Positions 45,514 to 55,349 of a DNA stretch of 62,486 nt are shown piece after piece. The DNA comes from Minisyncoccota bacterium. Lineage in GTDB: Bacteria > Patescibacteriota > Minisyncoccia > Phycocordibacterales > UBA9973. The notes under the pieces are model-generated. The model searched no databases. It was given only the letters and a program-made list of their open reading frames with translations, and had not been told where the DNA came from. Location: contig JAGORC010000001.1 in assembly GCA_018063015.1 (NCBI GenBank), positions 1-62,486 on the forward strand, in the 5' to 3' direction. The translations under genes were made by a program, and so were the position numbers. Within the stretch, counting starts at the first letter, position 1, and every line of letters begins with the position of its first letter.

Positions 45514-46161
45514 ATGATATATCTTTTTTCTGGTGACGATTCAAAAAATAAAATAAAGGCTTATGAGAACTTCATAGAATCAATATCAAAAGATGTTGAA
45601 ATTTTCTATGTAAGTAAAAATGATTTTGATCCCATGCAGATAGAAAGTTTTTATTCGGGAAGTGGTTTGTTTTTTAAGAAATGCGCAGTTGTATTTTCAA
45701 ATGTTTTAGAGTTAGAAAGTATAAGAGATTTTGTATCAGAGAAGCTTTCTAGCTTCAGTGAAGCTAGAAATGATTTCGTATTTCTAGAGTCGAAGCTAAC
45801 CAAAAGCGTATTAGATGAATTCAAAAAAGCACGAGCCGAGTTAAATATATTTGAATTATCTAAAGACAAGAAGGAGAAGTTTAATAACTTTCTCTTGGCG
45901 GAAGCTTTCTCTGAAAGAGATAAGTTAAACCTCTGGATTTATTTTAGACAAGCAATGGAGGTTGGGGTTGGTATGGAGGAGCTGACTGGAGTACTTCTCT
46001 GGAAGGTGAAAGATATGATTCTAAAGAAGAATTTTAGGAAGTTTAAAGAGGAAGAATTGAAAGAATTCGGCATGAAAATAACCACAATCTTACCAGAAGC
46101 CAGAAAGAAAGGCATAGATGATGAAGCAGCTTTTGAGAAGTTTTTACTTGAAGCTTTGTAA
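45514..46161 (+). CDS. possible short DNA polymerase III delta subunit (HolA-like)
   Basis: 215-aa ORF; N-terminal IYLFSGDDSKNKIKAYENF resembles the HolA start. Much shorter than typical delta; weak call. Confidence 0.35.
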   Translation: MIYLFSGDDSKNKIKAYENFIESISKDVEIFYVSKNDFDPMQIESFYSGSGLFFKKCAVVFSNVLELESIRDFVSEKLSSFSEARNDFVFLESKLTKSVLDEFKKARAELNIFELSKDKKEKFNNFLLAEAFSERDKLNLWIYFRQAMEVGVGMEELTGVLLWKVKDMILKKNFRKFKEEELKEFGMKITTILPEARKKGIDDEAAFEKFLLEAL

Positions 46162-46185
46162 AAATCTGCTATTATCAAACAACAT

Positions 46186-46261
46186 GCGCCCATAGCTCAG
46201 CTGGTAGAGCAGATCCCTTTTAAGGATAAGGTCGAAGGTTCGATCCCTTCTGGGCGCACCA
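46186..46261 (+). tRNA. tRNA-Lys (UUU), CCA encoded
   Basis: Manual cloverleaf: acceptor GCGCCCA/TGGGCGC, D-arm GCTCAGCTGGTAGAGC, anticodon loop CTTTTAA, T-arm GAAGGTTCGATCCCTTC, 3' ACCA. TGCTATTAT -10 at 46167-46175. Confidence 0.9.
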
Positions 46262-46298
46262 TAATCAAAAAACTCCCATATGGGAGTTTTTTGATTAT
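46261..46298. terminator. bidirectional terminator
   Basis: 18-bp perfect inverted repeat ATAATCAAAAAACTCCCA-TA-TGGGAGTTTTTTGATTAT. It fills the whole gap between tRNA-Lys and the minus-strand 46299 gene. Confidence 0.75.
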
Positions 46299-46844
46299 CT
46301 ATCCTTGTTTCTTTAGCCAATCTATCATTTTCTGATAAGTAGTAGGACCAGTTTGTCCATCAGCTGTGAGGCCGGTATCCTTTTGGAAATCTATGATATC
46401 AGTCTTGGTTGTTTTACCATAATCATTATCTACCTTCTTTGTTGTTCCATTATAAAGATTTAAGAAATTTTGTATCGTACCTACACGAGTTCCTCTAGAC
46501 TTTTCTTTCATATATACATTGTCATTTATTAATTCCTGTAGTTCATTTATGAGAGTCTGGTTTTTATAGGATGTGGTAGGTTCATTCGTTGGGGTAGGTG
46601 TTGTTTCCTCTACTTTCTCTGGTTCTGTCTCCTCAACCTGTTTATATAGTGCGAGTTCATTCTTCAAATCCTCCACTTCTTCTTCGAGTGCTCTGTTCTG
46701 ATTTTCTAATGCTTCTTGGCGTTCTCTACTTGCATGAGCTGATCCAGACTCTATGCTAATGAATGCCCAATAAATCCCTAATCCTATTATTGCTAAGGTT
46801 ATGATTGAAAAAATGAAAAATTTGAATTTATCCATAGTCTTCAT
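46299..46844 (-). CDS. membrane-anchored protein with C-terminal peptidoglycan-binding (PG_binding_1-like) domain
   Basis: 181-aa ORF; TM helix, coiled-coil, then ..GTRVGTIQNFLN....DYGKTTKTDIIDFQKDTGLTADGQTGPTTYQKM. Confidence 0.65.
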   Translation of the reverse strand: MKTMDKFKFFIFSIITLAIIGLGIYWAFISIESGSAHASRERQEALENQNRALEEEVEDLKNELALYKQVEETEPEKVEETTPTPTNEPTTSYKNQTLINELQELINDNVYMKEKSRGTRVGTIQNFLNLYNGTTKKVDNDYGKTTKTDIIDFQKDTGLTADGQTGPTTYQKMIDWLKKQG

Positions 46845-46882
46845 ATTATAGCATTGAATAATATAAATGTTATAATAATATT

Positions 46883-47023
46883 ATGAAATTAAACAAAACA
46901 CTCATTTACTTTCTGGTGTTTACCGCTGTAAGTTCATTTCTAGCTTATAAAATAGTAGTTAAGGCATATGATGGAACATTCGACTATTCCTCATATGAGG
47001 CTAAGATAATAAACTCTAAGTAA
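46883..47023 (+). CDS. possible 46-aa single-pass membrane protein
   Basis: MKLNKTLIYFLVFTAVSSFLAYKIVVKAYDGTFDYSSYEAKIINSK. TGTTATAAT at 46868-46876 lies 6 nt before the ATG, matching the local leaderless pattern. Confidence 0.35.
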   Translation: MKLNKTLIYFLVFTAVSSFLAYKIVVKAYDGTFDYSSYEAKIINSK

Positions 47024-47199
47024 TAATAGTTTTCCACAGGTGGGTTTACATACCTTGATTAAGGCTGTATAATACATTCAGTTCTTATTAAAGTTCTTTT
47101 TCACAAATTGCCTCTATTTGAGGCCCCAAGCATGTTTGTCATGCATACAACGTTACGCACAGTAACCCAACATAGTCTACCTTTGTAGACGCAACCCAC

Positions 47200-47233
47200 G
47201 GGACCCTAGCTTCACAGCAGGGTCCTTTTTTTT
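47200..47233 (+). terminator. rho-independent terminator
   Basis: Stem GGGACCCT / AGGGTCC(T) with an 11-nt loop, followed by T8 (47226-47233). Confidence 0.7.
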
Positions 47234-47259
47234 GACAACTAATCCATAGGGTATACAAT
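47232..47259 (+). promoter_or_regulatory. sigma70-type promoter upstream of uvrB leader or small RNA
   Basis: -35 TTGACA 47232-47237, 16-nt spacer, -10 TACAAT 47254-47259. Confidence 0.5.
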
Positions 47260-47394
47260 ATAAATATAAAATTCCTTTTTTAAAAATATTATTGGAGAAC
47301 CTGTGTGCAGTTGTACAGTCTCGTGGGACCAATATCCTTCTTAAAAGGCCTTGTTGAATTACGAGGCCTTTTATCTTATATTTACTAAGCCTGT

Positions 47395-49491
47395 ATGAAA
47401 GACATCTTTAAACTCAAAAGCCATTTTAAGCCAGACGGTGATCAACCCAAGGCTATTTCAGAGTTGATGAATGGTTTAAATAAAGGAATGAGAAAGCAAA
47501 CTCTTCTGGGGGCCACAGGTACAGGTAAGACCTTTACCATAGCTAATGTAATAAAAGAGCACAACAAACCCACCTTAGTTATTGCTCACAACAAGACTCT
47601 CGCTGCACAGCTTGCTCAGGAGTTCAGGGAATTCTTCCCAGAATCAGCAGTTCACTACTTCGTATCCTATTATGACTACTATCAACCAGAAGCTTACATG
47701 CCTACGTCTGATACATATATAGAGAAAGATGCACAAATAAACAAGGAGATAGACAGGCTCCGCCACGCTACGACTCAAGCTCTCTTAACCCGGAATGACG
47801 TGATAATCGTTGCCTCCGTTTCTTGTATCTACGGATTAGGATCTCCAGAAGAATATGCAAAAGTTAATTTAAAAATAAGTACAGGCGATAAGTGGGAAAG
47901 AAACACACTTATGAAGAGACTGATTGAAATACATTTCGACAGAACAAATGCAGATTTAAATCCTGGAACTTTTCGTTCTATTGGTTCAAGAGTTGAGATT
48001 ATGCCAATATCTGAAAACTTCATGTATCAGTTAGAAATTTCAGGAGGTAAGATTTCTAAGATTCTAAGAGTAGATCCAGTATCTGCTTCAGTTCTAAAAG
48101 AAGAAAAAGATATTTTTATTTTCCCTGCAAAGCATTTCATAACAGAAGAAAACAAAGAAAAGAAAGCACTTGTCGCAATAAAGAAAGAACTAGAAGCTCA
48201 GCTTAAAAAGTTCAAGAAAGAAGGTAAACTGCTAGAAGCAGAAAGATTAAAGAGAAGAACCAATTACGACCTAGCAATGATAAAAGAAGTTGGATACTGC
48301 TCAGGCATTGAAAATTATTCAAGGCATTTATCAGGCAAAATTGAGGGGGAACCTCCAGAGACGTTACTTTCGTACTTTCCTCATGATAAAAATGGTAACC
48401 CAGAATTTCTCACAATAATAGATGAATCACACGTAACCCTACCTCAGCTTAACGGAATGTTTGCAGGCGACGCTTCAAGGAAGAAAACCCTTGTAGAATA
48501 TGGATTTAGACTTCCTTCAGCTAAGGACAACAGACCGCTTAAATATCCTGAATTTGAAGAACGAATAGGGCAAGTTATATATACTAGTGCTACTCCAGGT
48601 GATACAGAAAAAAGAGAAAGTGCTCAAATCGTAGAGCAGATTATTCGTCCTACAGGTCTTCTAGATCCAGAGACTATCGTACGAGGGGTAAGTGTTAGCG
48701 GAGATTACAAGGGACAGATTTATGACTTTATACAAGAAGCAGAGAAAACTGTTAAAAGTGGTTTTAGAGTCCTAGCTACAACATTAACCAAGAAGATGGC
48801 GGAAGAGCTAACCCTATATCTAAAAGACAAGAAAATAAAAGCAGAATACTTACACAGTGATATCAAAACAATAGAAAGAATAAAAATATTAACAGAATTC
48901 AGAAGAGGGAAGTTTGATATTTTAGTTGGAGTTAACTTGCTTAGAGAAGGGTTAGACCTACCAGAAGTAGCCCTTATCGGGATACTCGATGCTGACAAGG
49001 AAGGCTTCCTCCGATCAGAAACTTCACTTATCCAGACAATAGGTCGTGCAGCCAGAAATTCAGTTGGCAAGGTGGTTCTATATGCAGACAATATGACCGG
49101 ATCACTTGATCGGGCACTTGGTGAGACAGAGAGAAGAAGAAACATTCAGATAGCTTATAACAAGAAGCATGGTATAACTCCAAAAACAATTTTGAAAAAC
49201 ATAAAAGATATTACAGAAGAAATGGAAAGCGTTCATGGCAAAGCAGTAAATGCAGAACTTAAATTAGACATAGAGCTTTTCAAGAAGACTCTATTAAAAG
49301 AAAAGAAAAAAGCCCAGAAACCACTAAACCTGTCTGATCAAGAACACGAGAATTTAATTTATGAAAAAATAATAAAACTAAAAGAGCGTGAGATGAATAA
49401 AGCTGTGAAAGAGCTAGATTTCGAAACTGCCGCAATCCTTCGCGATGAGATAGTGGTTCTAAAAGAAAAAATAGAAAAAGAGTCAAAGTAG
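47395..49491 (+). CDS. uvrB: excinuclease ABC subunit B
   Basis: 698-aa ORF; GATGTGKTFT Walker A, helicase motifs, C-terminal UVR domain (FETAAILRDEI). Confidence 0.95.
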   Translation: MKDIFKLKSHFKPDGDQPKAISELMNGLNKGMRKQTLLGATGTGKTFTIANVIKEHNKPTLVIAHNKTLAAQLAQEFREFFPESAVHYFVSYYDYYQPEAYMPTSDTYIEKDAQINKEIDRLRHATTQALLTRNDVIIVASVSCIYGLGSPEEYAKVNLKISTGDKWERNTLMKRLIEIHFDRTNADLNPGTFRSIGSRVEIMPISENFMYQLEISGGKISKILRVDPVSASVLKEEKDIFIFPAKHFITEENKEKKALVAIKKELEAQLKKFKKEGKLLEAERLKRRTNYDLAMIKEVGYCSGIENYSRHLSGKIEGEPPETLLSYFPHDKNGNPEFLTIIDESHVTLPQLNGMFAGDASRKKTLVEYGFRLPSAKDNRPLKYPEFEERIGQVIYTSATPGDTEKRESAQIVEQIIRPTGLLDPETIVRGVSVSGDYKGQIYDFIQEAEKTVKSGFRVLATTLTKKMAEELTLYLKDKKIKAEYLHSDIKTIERIKILTEFRRGKFDILVGVNLLREGLDLPEVALIGILDADKEGFLRSETSLIQTIGRAARNSVGKVVLYADNMTGSLDRALGETERRRNIQIAYNKKHGITPKTILKNIKDITEEMESVHGKAVNAELKLDIELFKKTLLKEKKKAQKPLNLSDQEHENLIYEKIIKLKEREMNKAVKELDFETAAILRDEIVVLKEKIEKESK

Positions 49492-49593
49492 AAGTTTTAG
49501 TCTCTATCTGATATACTTTCGGTAATCAAATACTGATACACACCCCCTATGGACGATTCGGGGTGCAGTTTTAGTTAATATGGCAAAAATCAA

Positions 49594-52185
49594 ATGAAAA
49601 AAATGCAAAACATAGATAAAATAACGATAAAAGGAGCTCGAACACATAATCTCAGAAATGTGAGTGTAGAGATGCCACGCAATAAAATGGTGGTTATTAC
49701 AGGCGTTTCAGGTTCTGGTAAGTCGTCTCTCGCCTTCGATACAATATTTGCTGAAGGGCAGAGAAGGTATGTAGAGAGTCTTTCTTCTTATGCTCGTCAA
49801 TTCCTAAACCAAATGCCTAAGCCAGACATCGATGAGATAACAGGACTTTCACCGGCAATATCTATTGACCAGAAGTCTCGGTCTAACAACCCTCGCTCAA
49901 CAGTAGCCACAATTACTGAAATATACGACTATCTACGAGTTATGTATGCTCGTATCGGACACCCGCATTGCCCAGTATGTGGAGAGGAAATAAAGAAACT
50001 TTCTCATGAAGAAATAATTAATTTTATTTTAGAGAAAATAAATTTTTATAACAAAAAGAATTCCAAGAGTAGATCTGTAATGGGGGTTGAATGGAATGAG
50101 ACTGAAATAAGTATATTGTCTCCCGTTGTTCGTGGAAGGAAGGGAGAATACTACCAGCTTCTTTATGATTTACTTAACAAAGGGTTCTCTGAGGTCAGGC
50201 TTGATGGAGAAATGAAGAAATTGAGAGAGAAAATAATTCTCTCGAAAAACAAAGCACACAACATAGATGTTTTAGTTGATCAATTCCTTCTTCATGAATT
50301 CGTAAGTGAAAAAGATAATTCTCGCACAAGACTTGCTGAGGCAGTAGAGAGAGCTCTTCTTGAATCTGACAATTTAGTTGTCATCAGGATAGCAGATGAA
50401 GAGTTTATTATGTCAGCCAAGTTTGCTTGCAAGAATGATGGGTTCTCATTTCCAGAGGTTGAGCCTAGGTTGTTTTCTTTCAATTCTCCATACGGAGCAT
50501 GTCCTACTTGTAATGGCTTAGGGACTAAGTATTTCGGTGGGGACGAGTTGTGTGATGATTGTAAAGGGGCAAGGCTCAGGAACGAAGCGCTAAATGTTTT
50601 CTTAACTACTGGCAAGACCAAGGTAAACATACTCTCTCTTGCAGAACTTTCTATAAAAGATGCTCACGATTTTTTCAAAAGCTTGAAACTTTCTGAAAAA
50701 GAAAAAGAGATTTCTCTTCCAGTTGTAAAAGAAATAGAAGATAGACTTGAGTTTATGCTAGATGTTGGGCTCGACTATCTTCAGCTTTCTCGTAAGGCAA
50801 ATACTCTTTCAGGAGGGGAAGCACAGAGAATACGCTTAGCTTCTCAGCTCGGTTCACGATTAGTGGGCGCACTGTATGTACTTGATGAGCCGACTATTGG
50901 ACTTCATCAAAGAGACAACGATAGATTAATAAAGACCCTTTTAAATCTACGTGACCTAGGAAACACCATCTTAGTAGTAGAGCATGATGAGGATACAATC
51001 TATGCATCTGACTATATCGTTGATATTGGTCCTAAGGCAGGAGTACATGGAGGTAAGATAATAGTTGCTGATTGGCTAGAAGATCTTCTAACTGCCAAGA
51101 AGAATATAAGTGGTTCACGAACTCTTGCTTATTTGCGTGAAGAAATAAAAATAGAAGTACCAGAGAAGCGTAGAATTGCTAAGGGACATTTAAGGATCGC
51201 TGGAGGAAAAGTTTTCAATATTAAAAACTTAAATGTTGAAATCCCATTAGGAGTAATGACTTCTATTACTGGCGTGTCAGGTTCAGGCAAGAGTTCTTTC
51301 ATGTATGAAATTCTTCACAAGAATCTACAGGCTAGATACGAGAGGGCATTTAGAACTGCAAAGATATATAATGCAACTTCTTTTACAGGCACAGAGTACT
51401 TAACACGTGCGATTCTAATAGATCAGTCCCCAATAGGACGTACTCCTAGATCAAACATAGCTACATATACCGGAACATTTACCCATATTCGTGATTTGTT
51501 CGCGACCACCGAGGAAGCGAGGTTGCGTGGGTGGAAAGCAAACAGATTTTCTTTCAATGTGAAAGGCGGAAGATGCGAGGCTTGTGAAGGTAACGGTGAG
51601 ATAGCGGTTGAGATGCATTTCTTGCCGACTGTGTATGTTACTTGTGATGTGTGTCTTGGTAAGAGATTTGATAAAGAAACCCTTACAGTAAAATATAAGA
51701 AAAAAAATATTTATGAAGTTTTGAAGATGACAGTTGAAGAAGGCCTTACTTTCTTCAAAGATATTCCTGCTATTTCTGACAGATTAGAAACTCTTATGGA
51801 TGTGGGGCTTGGATATCTTGAGCTTGGTCAATCAGCTACAACTCTATCAGGAGGGGAAGCACAGAGAGTGAAGATTTCTTCAGAGCTCTATCGGCCTCAT
51901 CTAGAGAAAACCATCTATCTTCTAGATGAACCAACAGTAGGACTTCATTATGATGATGTGGCAAAGTTGCTTGAAGTATTAAACAAACTTGTTTCAAAAG
52001 GGAATACAGTAGTTCTAATAGAGCACAATCTAGATATCGTTAAGTCATCAGACTATGTAATAGACTTCGGACCAGAAGGGGGGATTAATGGAGGTAACCT
52101 AGTAGCTAAAGGTACTCCAGAAGAAGTTGCAAACAATGCTAAAAGTCATACAGGAAAATATCTTAAAAAAGTATTAAAAAAATAA
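49594..52185 (+). CDS. uvrA: excinuclease ABC subunit A
   Basis: 863-aa ORF; two ABC modules ([10 protein letters not shown] twice, LSGGEAQR twice) and zinc-finger Cys clusters. Confidence 0.95.
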   Translation: MKKMQNIDKITIKGARTHNLRNVSVEMPRNKMVVITGVSGSGKSSLAFDTIFAEGQRRYVESLSSYARQFLNQMPKPDIDEITGLSPAISIDQKSRSNNPRSTVATITEIYDYLRVMYARIGHPHCPVCGEEIKKLSHEEIINFILEKINFYNKKNSKSRSVMGVEWNETEISILSPVVRGRKGEYYQLLYDLLNKGFSEVRLDGEMKKLREKIILSKNKAHNIDVLVDQFLLHEFVSEKDNSRTRLAEAVERALLESDNLVVIRIADEEFIMSAKFACKNDGFSFPEVEPRLFSFNSPYGACPTCNGLGTKYFGGDELCDDCKGARLRNEALNVFLTTGKTKVNILSLAELSIKDAHDFFKSLKLSEKEKEISLPVVKEIEDRLEFMLDVGLDYLQLSRKANTLSGGEAQRIRLASQLGSRLVGALYVLDEPTIGLHQRDNDRLIKTLLNLRDLGNTILVVEHDEDTIYASDYIVDIGPKAGVHGGKIIVADWLEDLLTAKKNISGSRTLAYLREEIKIEVPEKRRIAKGHLRIAGGKVFNIKNLNVEIPLGVMTSITGVSGSGKSSFMYEILHKNLQARYERAFRTAKIYNATSFTGTEYLTRAILIDQSPIGRTPRSNIATYTGTFTHIRDLFATTEEARLRGWKANRFSFNVKGGRCEACEGNGEIAVEMHFLPTVYVTCDVCLGKRFDKETLTVKYKKKNIYEVLKMTVEEGLTFFKDIPAISDRLETLMDVGLGYLELGQSATTLSGGEAQRVKISSELYRPHLEKTIYLLDEPTVGLHYDDVAKLLEVLNKLVSKGNTVVLIEHNLDIVKSSDYVIDFGPEGGINGGNLVAKGTPEEVANNAKSHTGKYLKKVLKK

Positions 52186-52186
52186 G

Positions 52187-53467
52187 ATGTTGCAACAGCA
52201 ATTAAAAAAAATCAAACTTCCAGATACACCAGGAGTTTATTTATTTAAAAAAGGCAAAAATACGATATATATTGGTAAAGCTACATCTGTCAGAGATAGA
52301 GTAAGGAGCTATTTCGGCAAGGATCTGATAGGCACCCGAGGACCACTTCTAGTGGATATGGTTTTTCAGGCTGACAATATCGATTTTATAAAAACTGATA
52401 GCGTCTTAGAGGCTCTAATCTTAGAAGCTGAATTAATAAAGAAATACCAACCGAAATACAATACAAAAGAAAAATCCGACAAGAGTTTCAATTTTGTCTG
52501 CATAACAAAAGAAGATCTACCTAAGGTGTTGATATTAAGAGGGAAGGATCTAAAGAGAGAAAATTTTTCTTATGTATTTGGTCCATTTACTAACGGCTCT
52601 CAGCTGAAGGAGGCGATGAAAATAATTCGCCCAATCTTCCCATTTATCGACAACCAATCTTCCAAGAAAGACAATAATGCTTTTTATATTCAGCTCGGTC
52701 TAACTCCGGATTTAAGTGAAGAGAATATAAAATTAGAATACAAGAAAAACATTAATAATCTCAAACTTTTCTTTCAAGGGAAAAAGAAAAGAATTATTTC
52801 GAATCTAAAGAAAGACATGATGTCTTTCGCAAAAAAGAAGGAATTTGAAAAGGCAAACGAAATAAAGAAAAGAATTTTCGCACTTACTCACATAAATGAT
52901 GTTGCGCTAATAAAGGGAGAAAACATCAGAAATTTATTTTTCTCAGGTCCTAGGGTCGCCTTCGGCTCAACCAGACCATTCGAAAAACAAAATTCTGATG
53001 TTTTCAGAGTTGAAGCTTATGATATTGCTCATATGTCAGGAAAGAATATGGTTGGAGTTATGGTAGTCGTAGACCTGCCTGCCGGCGGGCAGGGGATGGG
53101 TGAAGCAAACAAAAGCGAGTATAAAAAATTCAAAATAAAAACCCAAACAGGAAGCAATGATACAGGCGCGCTAGAAGAAGTTCTTCTTAGGAGGTTTCGA
53201 CATACTGAGTGGGGGTTACCTGACTTAGTAGTAGTAGATGGTAGTACTGCTCAGATAAATGTTGCTAAAAAGACGTTACTCTTCTATAAATACAAAATAC
53301 CAGTAGTTTCTATTGTCAAAGATGATAAACACAAGGCAAAAGCAATAATGGGGGATGAGATTATAATTAAAGAAAACAAGAAAGCAATTCTTCTAGCTAA
53401 CAATGAGGCGCACAGATTTGCAATAAAATATCACAAAGACATGAGGAGTAAGAATTTTTTGAAATAA
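52187..53467 (+). CDS. uvrC: excinuclease ABC subunit C, short form lacking the C-terminal HhH region
   Basis: 426-aa ORF; GIY-YIG (GVYLFKKGKNTIYIGKA), UVR domain (FEKANEIKKRIFAL), RNase H-like endonuclease domain (EAYDIAHMSG). Confidence 0.85.
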   Translation: MLQQQLKKIKLPDTPGVYLFKKGKNTIYIGKATSVRDRVRSYFGKDLIGTRGPLLVDMVFQADNIDFIKTDSVLEALILEAELIKKYQPKYNTKEKSDKSFNFVCITKEDLPKVLILRGKDLKRENFSYVFGPFTNGSQLKEAMKIIRPIFPFIDNQSSKKDNNAFYIQLGLTPDLSEENIKLEYKKNINNLKLFFQGKKKRIISNLKKDMMSFAKKKEFEKANEIKKRIFALTHINDVALIKGENIRNLFFSGPRVAFGSTRPFEKQNSDVFRVEAYDIAHMSGKNMVGVMVVVDLPAGGQGMGEANKSEYKKFKIKTQTGSNDTGALEEVLLRRFRHTEWGLPDLVVVDGSTAQINVAKKTLLFYKYKIPVVSIVKDDKHKAKAIMGDEIIIKENKKAILLANNEAHRFAIKYHKDMRSKNFLK

Positions 53468-53471
53468 AAAT

Positions 53472-53945
53472 ATGAAACAAGAAAATATTTTAATAATAGA
53501 CAACATAAGAAGCGCAGAGAATGTGGGGGCAATATTTCGCACGGCTGATGCAGTAGGTATTAATAAAATATATCTAGTAGGACTTACCCCAGCACCACTT
53601 GATAGGTTCAGGAGAAAAAGATCTGATATTGCTAAATCCGCTCTCGGAGCAGAGGAGTTTGTTGCCTGGGAACAGAAGAAGCTAATTTGTCCATTAATTA
53701 CTAAACTCAAGAGAGATGGGTTTCAGATAATAGCCATTGAGCAAGATTCTAAGTCTATAGATTATAAAAAGGTGAAACTAAAGTCTAAAAACGCTTTTAT
53801 TCTCGGTCGTGAAGTTGAAGGTATTTCCAAAAAGACATTAGATATGTGTGATGTTGTTGCTGAAATTAAAATGTTAGGGGAGAAAGAATCTCTAAACGTT
53901 TCTGTTGCTACAGGAGTAGCACTTTTTAGAATTCTTAATATTTAA
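53472..53945 (+). CDS. SpoU/TrmH-family RNA 2'-O-methyltransferase
   Basis: 157-aa ORF; NIRSAENVGAIFRTADAVG, ILGREVEGIS, SLNVSVA motifs. Confidence 0.8.
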   Translation: MKQENILIIDNIRSAENVGAIFRTADAVGINKIYLVGLTPAPLDRFRRKRSDIAKSALGAEEFVAWEQKKLICPLITKLKRDGFQIIAIEQDSKSIDYKKVKLKSKNAFILGREVEGISKKTLDMCDVVAEIKMLGEKESLNVSVATGVALFRILNI

Positions 53946-54320
53946 TTAATCGCTGAAATTTATTTCAAAGCTATACATTCCCATTCCGCACAATCCTTTA
54001 AATTTTTCCCCATTTTTAAAAGTTCCAATATCTATTTCTGTCTCTCCTGTTTGAGGTAAAATTTTCTGAAACCCAATAGAAGGTATTACAAGCGAAGCAG
54101 AGCAGTCGTATACGCCATTTGTTTTTACTATTACCTTAGAAGGGATTCCTGCTTTTGCTTCTGTTACTTGAGGATAGTACCCACCCCCAGCTTCAATTTT
54201 TATATATTGGACATTGTTTCTTATTTCAACGCTTTGAACTCCGTCCGTATCTTTACTGAATATAATACCAAGAGCAACTATAAGACCTATAGAAATGATT
54301 ATTAAAGATTTTTTATTCAT
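53946..54320 (-). CDS. membrane-anchored small beta protein, possibly cupredoxin-like metal-binding
   Basis: 124-aa ORF; N-terminal TM, beta-rich domain with Cys..Cys-Gly-Met-Gly-Met near the C-terminus. Last gene of the copper operon. The family call is tentative. Confidence 0.35.
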   Translation of the reverse strand: MNKKSLIIISIGLIVALGIIFSKDTDGVQSVEIRNNVQYIKIEAGGGYYPQVTEAKAGIPSKVIVKTNGVYDCSASLVIPSIGFQKILPQTGETEIDIGTFKNGEKFKGLCGMGMYSFEINFSD

Positions 54321-54338
54321 AAAATTATTATAACAAAG

Positions 54339-55346
54339 TTAGATATTAAATAACGGGTCAATAATACCGAGACCTGCTAGTCCTGAAAGCACTGCAAATA
54401 TTCCAAGACCTATTACTACCACCCCGGCAGATTTTAAGAATAATTCTTTGTTTTTTCCATGAGCAAGTTTTGCTGAACCAAAGGACAATAATGCAAGCAT
54501 TGGTAGTGTTCCTAAGGCAAAGGTCAGCATTATTATGGATCCAGAAGTGAATGATCCACTAGAGAGCGCCACTACCTGCATTGATTGGGTAAACCCACAA
54601 GGCAAGAAAAATGTTCCAAAACCGACGATGACAGGAGTTAAGTTTTTATGCTCTATGTTTTTGAAAAACTTGAATAGAGTATCTCTAAAAGTAATTTTAT
54701 TTTTTTTAAATACACCCACTAGGTTCAATCCAAGAATAAGCATAACAAATGATGCAACAAGTCCTAGTATTGTTGTTATAGTGAAGTTTATACCAATTAC
54801 ATTTCCTATTAACCCTAAAAATCCACCAAGTATCGCGAATCCTATAATTCTTCCAGCATGGAATAGTACGAAGGTTTTAGTATCGCTTGTATTATCTTCA
54901 GATATCTTTGCTGAAAGAGATAACACTAACCCACCTACAATAGCCAAACAAGAAGAAACCGAAGCAATAAGCCCAATAATAAAGCTAGTTAATGGTGTAG
55001 TCTTACTACCAATGCCAAAATCTAAAATCCCTGATTTCTGTAATAAGAAGAAAAGTACTAAAAATAAGAGTCCGATAGGAATAGCTTTCCAGATAGTATC
55101 ATCTTGGTTACCTTGTTCGATATTTTTTTCTGGTGTTAAAGTATATCCATTTTGTTTTACTTTTTCTGTTAAGAGATTAGCCACTTCTTCCTTATTTAAA
55201 GTAGAATCAGTAGTTATTTCTACAGTTTCTTTTTTTAAATCTACTTTTACAGCTTTTACAAGGTCTTGTTCACTCAAAACATCCTCAATCAAAATTTTAC
55301 ATGATGCACAGTGAGTTCCTTTTACGTGAAATATATAATTTTTCAT
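54339..55346 (-). CDS. HMA-domain fused polytopic membrane protein
   Basis: 335-aa ORF; N-terminal heavy-metal-associated domain (GTHCASCK) followed by about six TM helices. The membrane-domain family cannot be assigned by eye. Confidence 0.7.
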   Translation of the reverse strand: MKNYIFHVKGTHCASCKILIEDVLSEQDLVKAVKVDLKKETVEITTDSTLNKEEVANLLTEKVKQNGYTLTPEKNIEQGNQDDTIWKAIPIGLLFLVLFFLLQKSGILDFGIGSKTTPLTSFIIGLIASVSSCLAIVGGLVLSLSAKISEDNTSDTKTFVLFHAGRIIGFAILGGFLGLIGNVIGINFTITTILGLVASFVMLILGLNLVGVFKKNKITFRDTLFKFFKNIEHKNLTPVIVGFGTFFLPCGFTQSMQVVALSSGSFTSGSIIMLTFALGTLPMLALLSFGSAKLAHGKNKELFLKSAGVVVIGLGIFAVLSGLAGLGIIDPLFNI

Positions 55347-55349
55347 AGT

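Noticed and set aside
47303-47344. 13-codon ORF (GTG..TAA, MCSCTVSWDQYPS), preceded by GGAG and ending in the 5' arm of the hairpin before uvrB; considered as a leader-peptide attenuator
   Set aside because: It is too short, has a non-ATG start in an organism that seems not to use SD sites, and has no codon bias pointing to a sensed amino acid. It is kept only as a remark within the spacer finding.
53078-53093. GC-rich hairpin CCTGCC-GGCG-GGCAGG inside uvrC, and a second GC-rich patch at about 52945-52975
   Set aside because: Both are in frame. They encode plausible Gly/Pro/Ala loop insertions (DLPAGGQGMG; GPRVAFGSTRP). There is nothing to distinguish a functional RNA or DNA element from a short lineage-specific coding insertion.
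54535-55314. 259-aa plus-strand ORF in the track
   Set aside because: It lies entirely antisense to the HMA-domain membrane protein gene. That gene has a recognisable GTHCASC metal-binding domain and clean TM helices. The antisense product is low-complexity with no motifs, so it is a shadow ORF.
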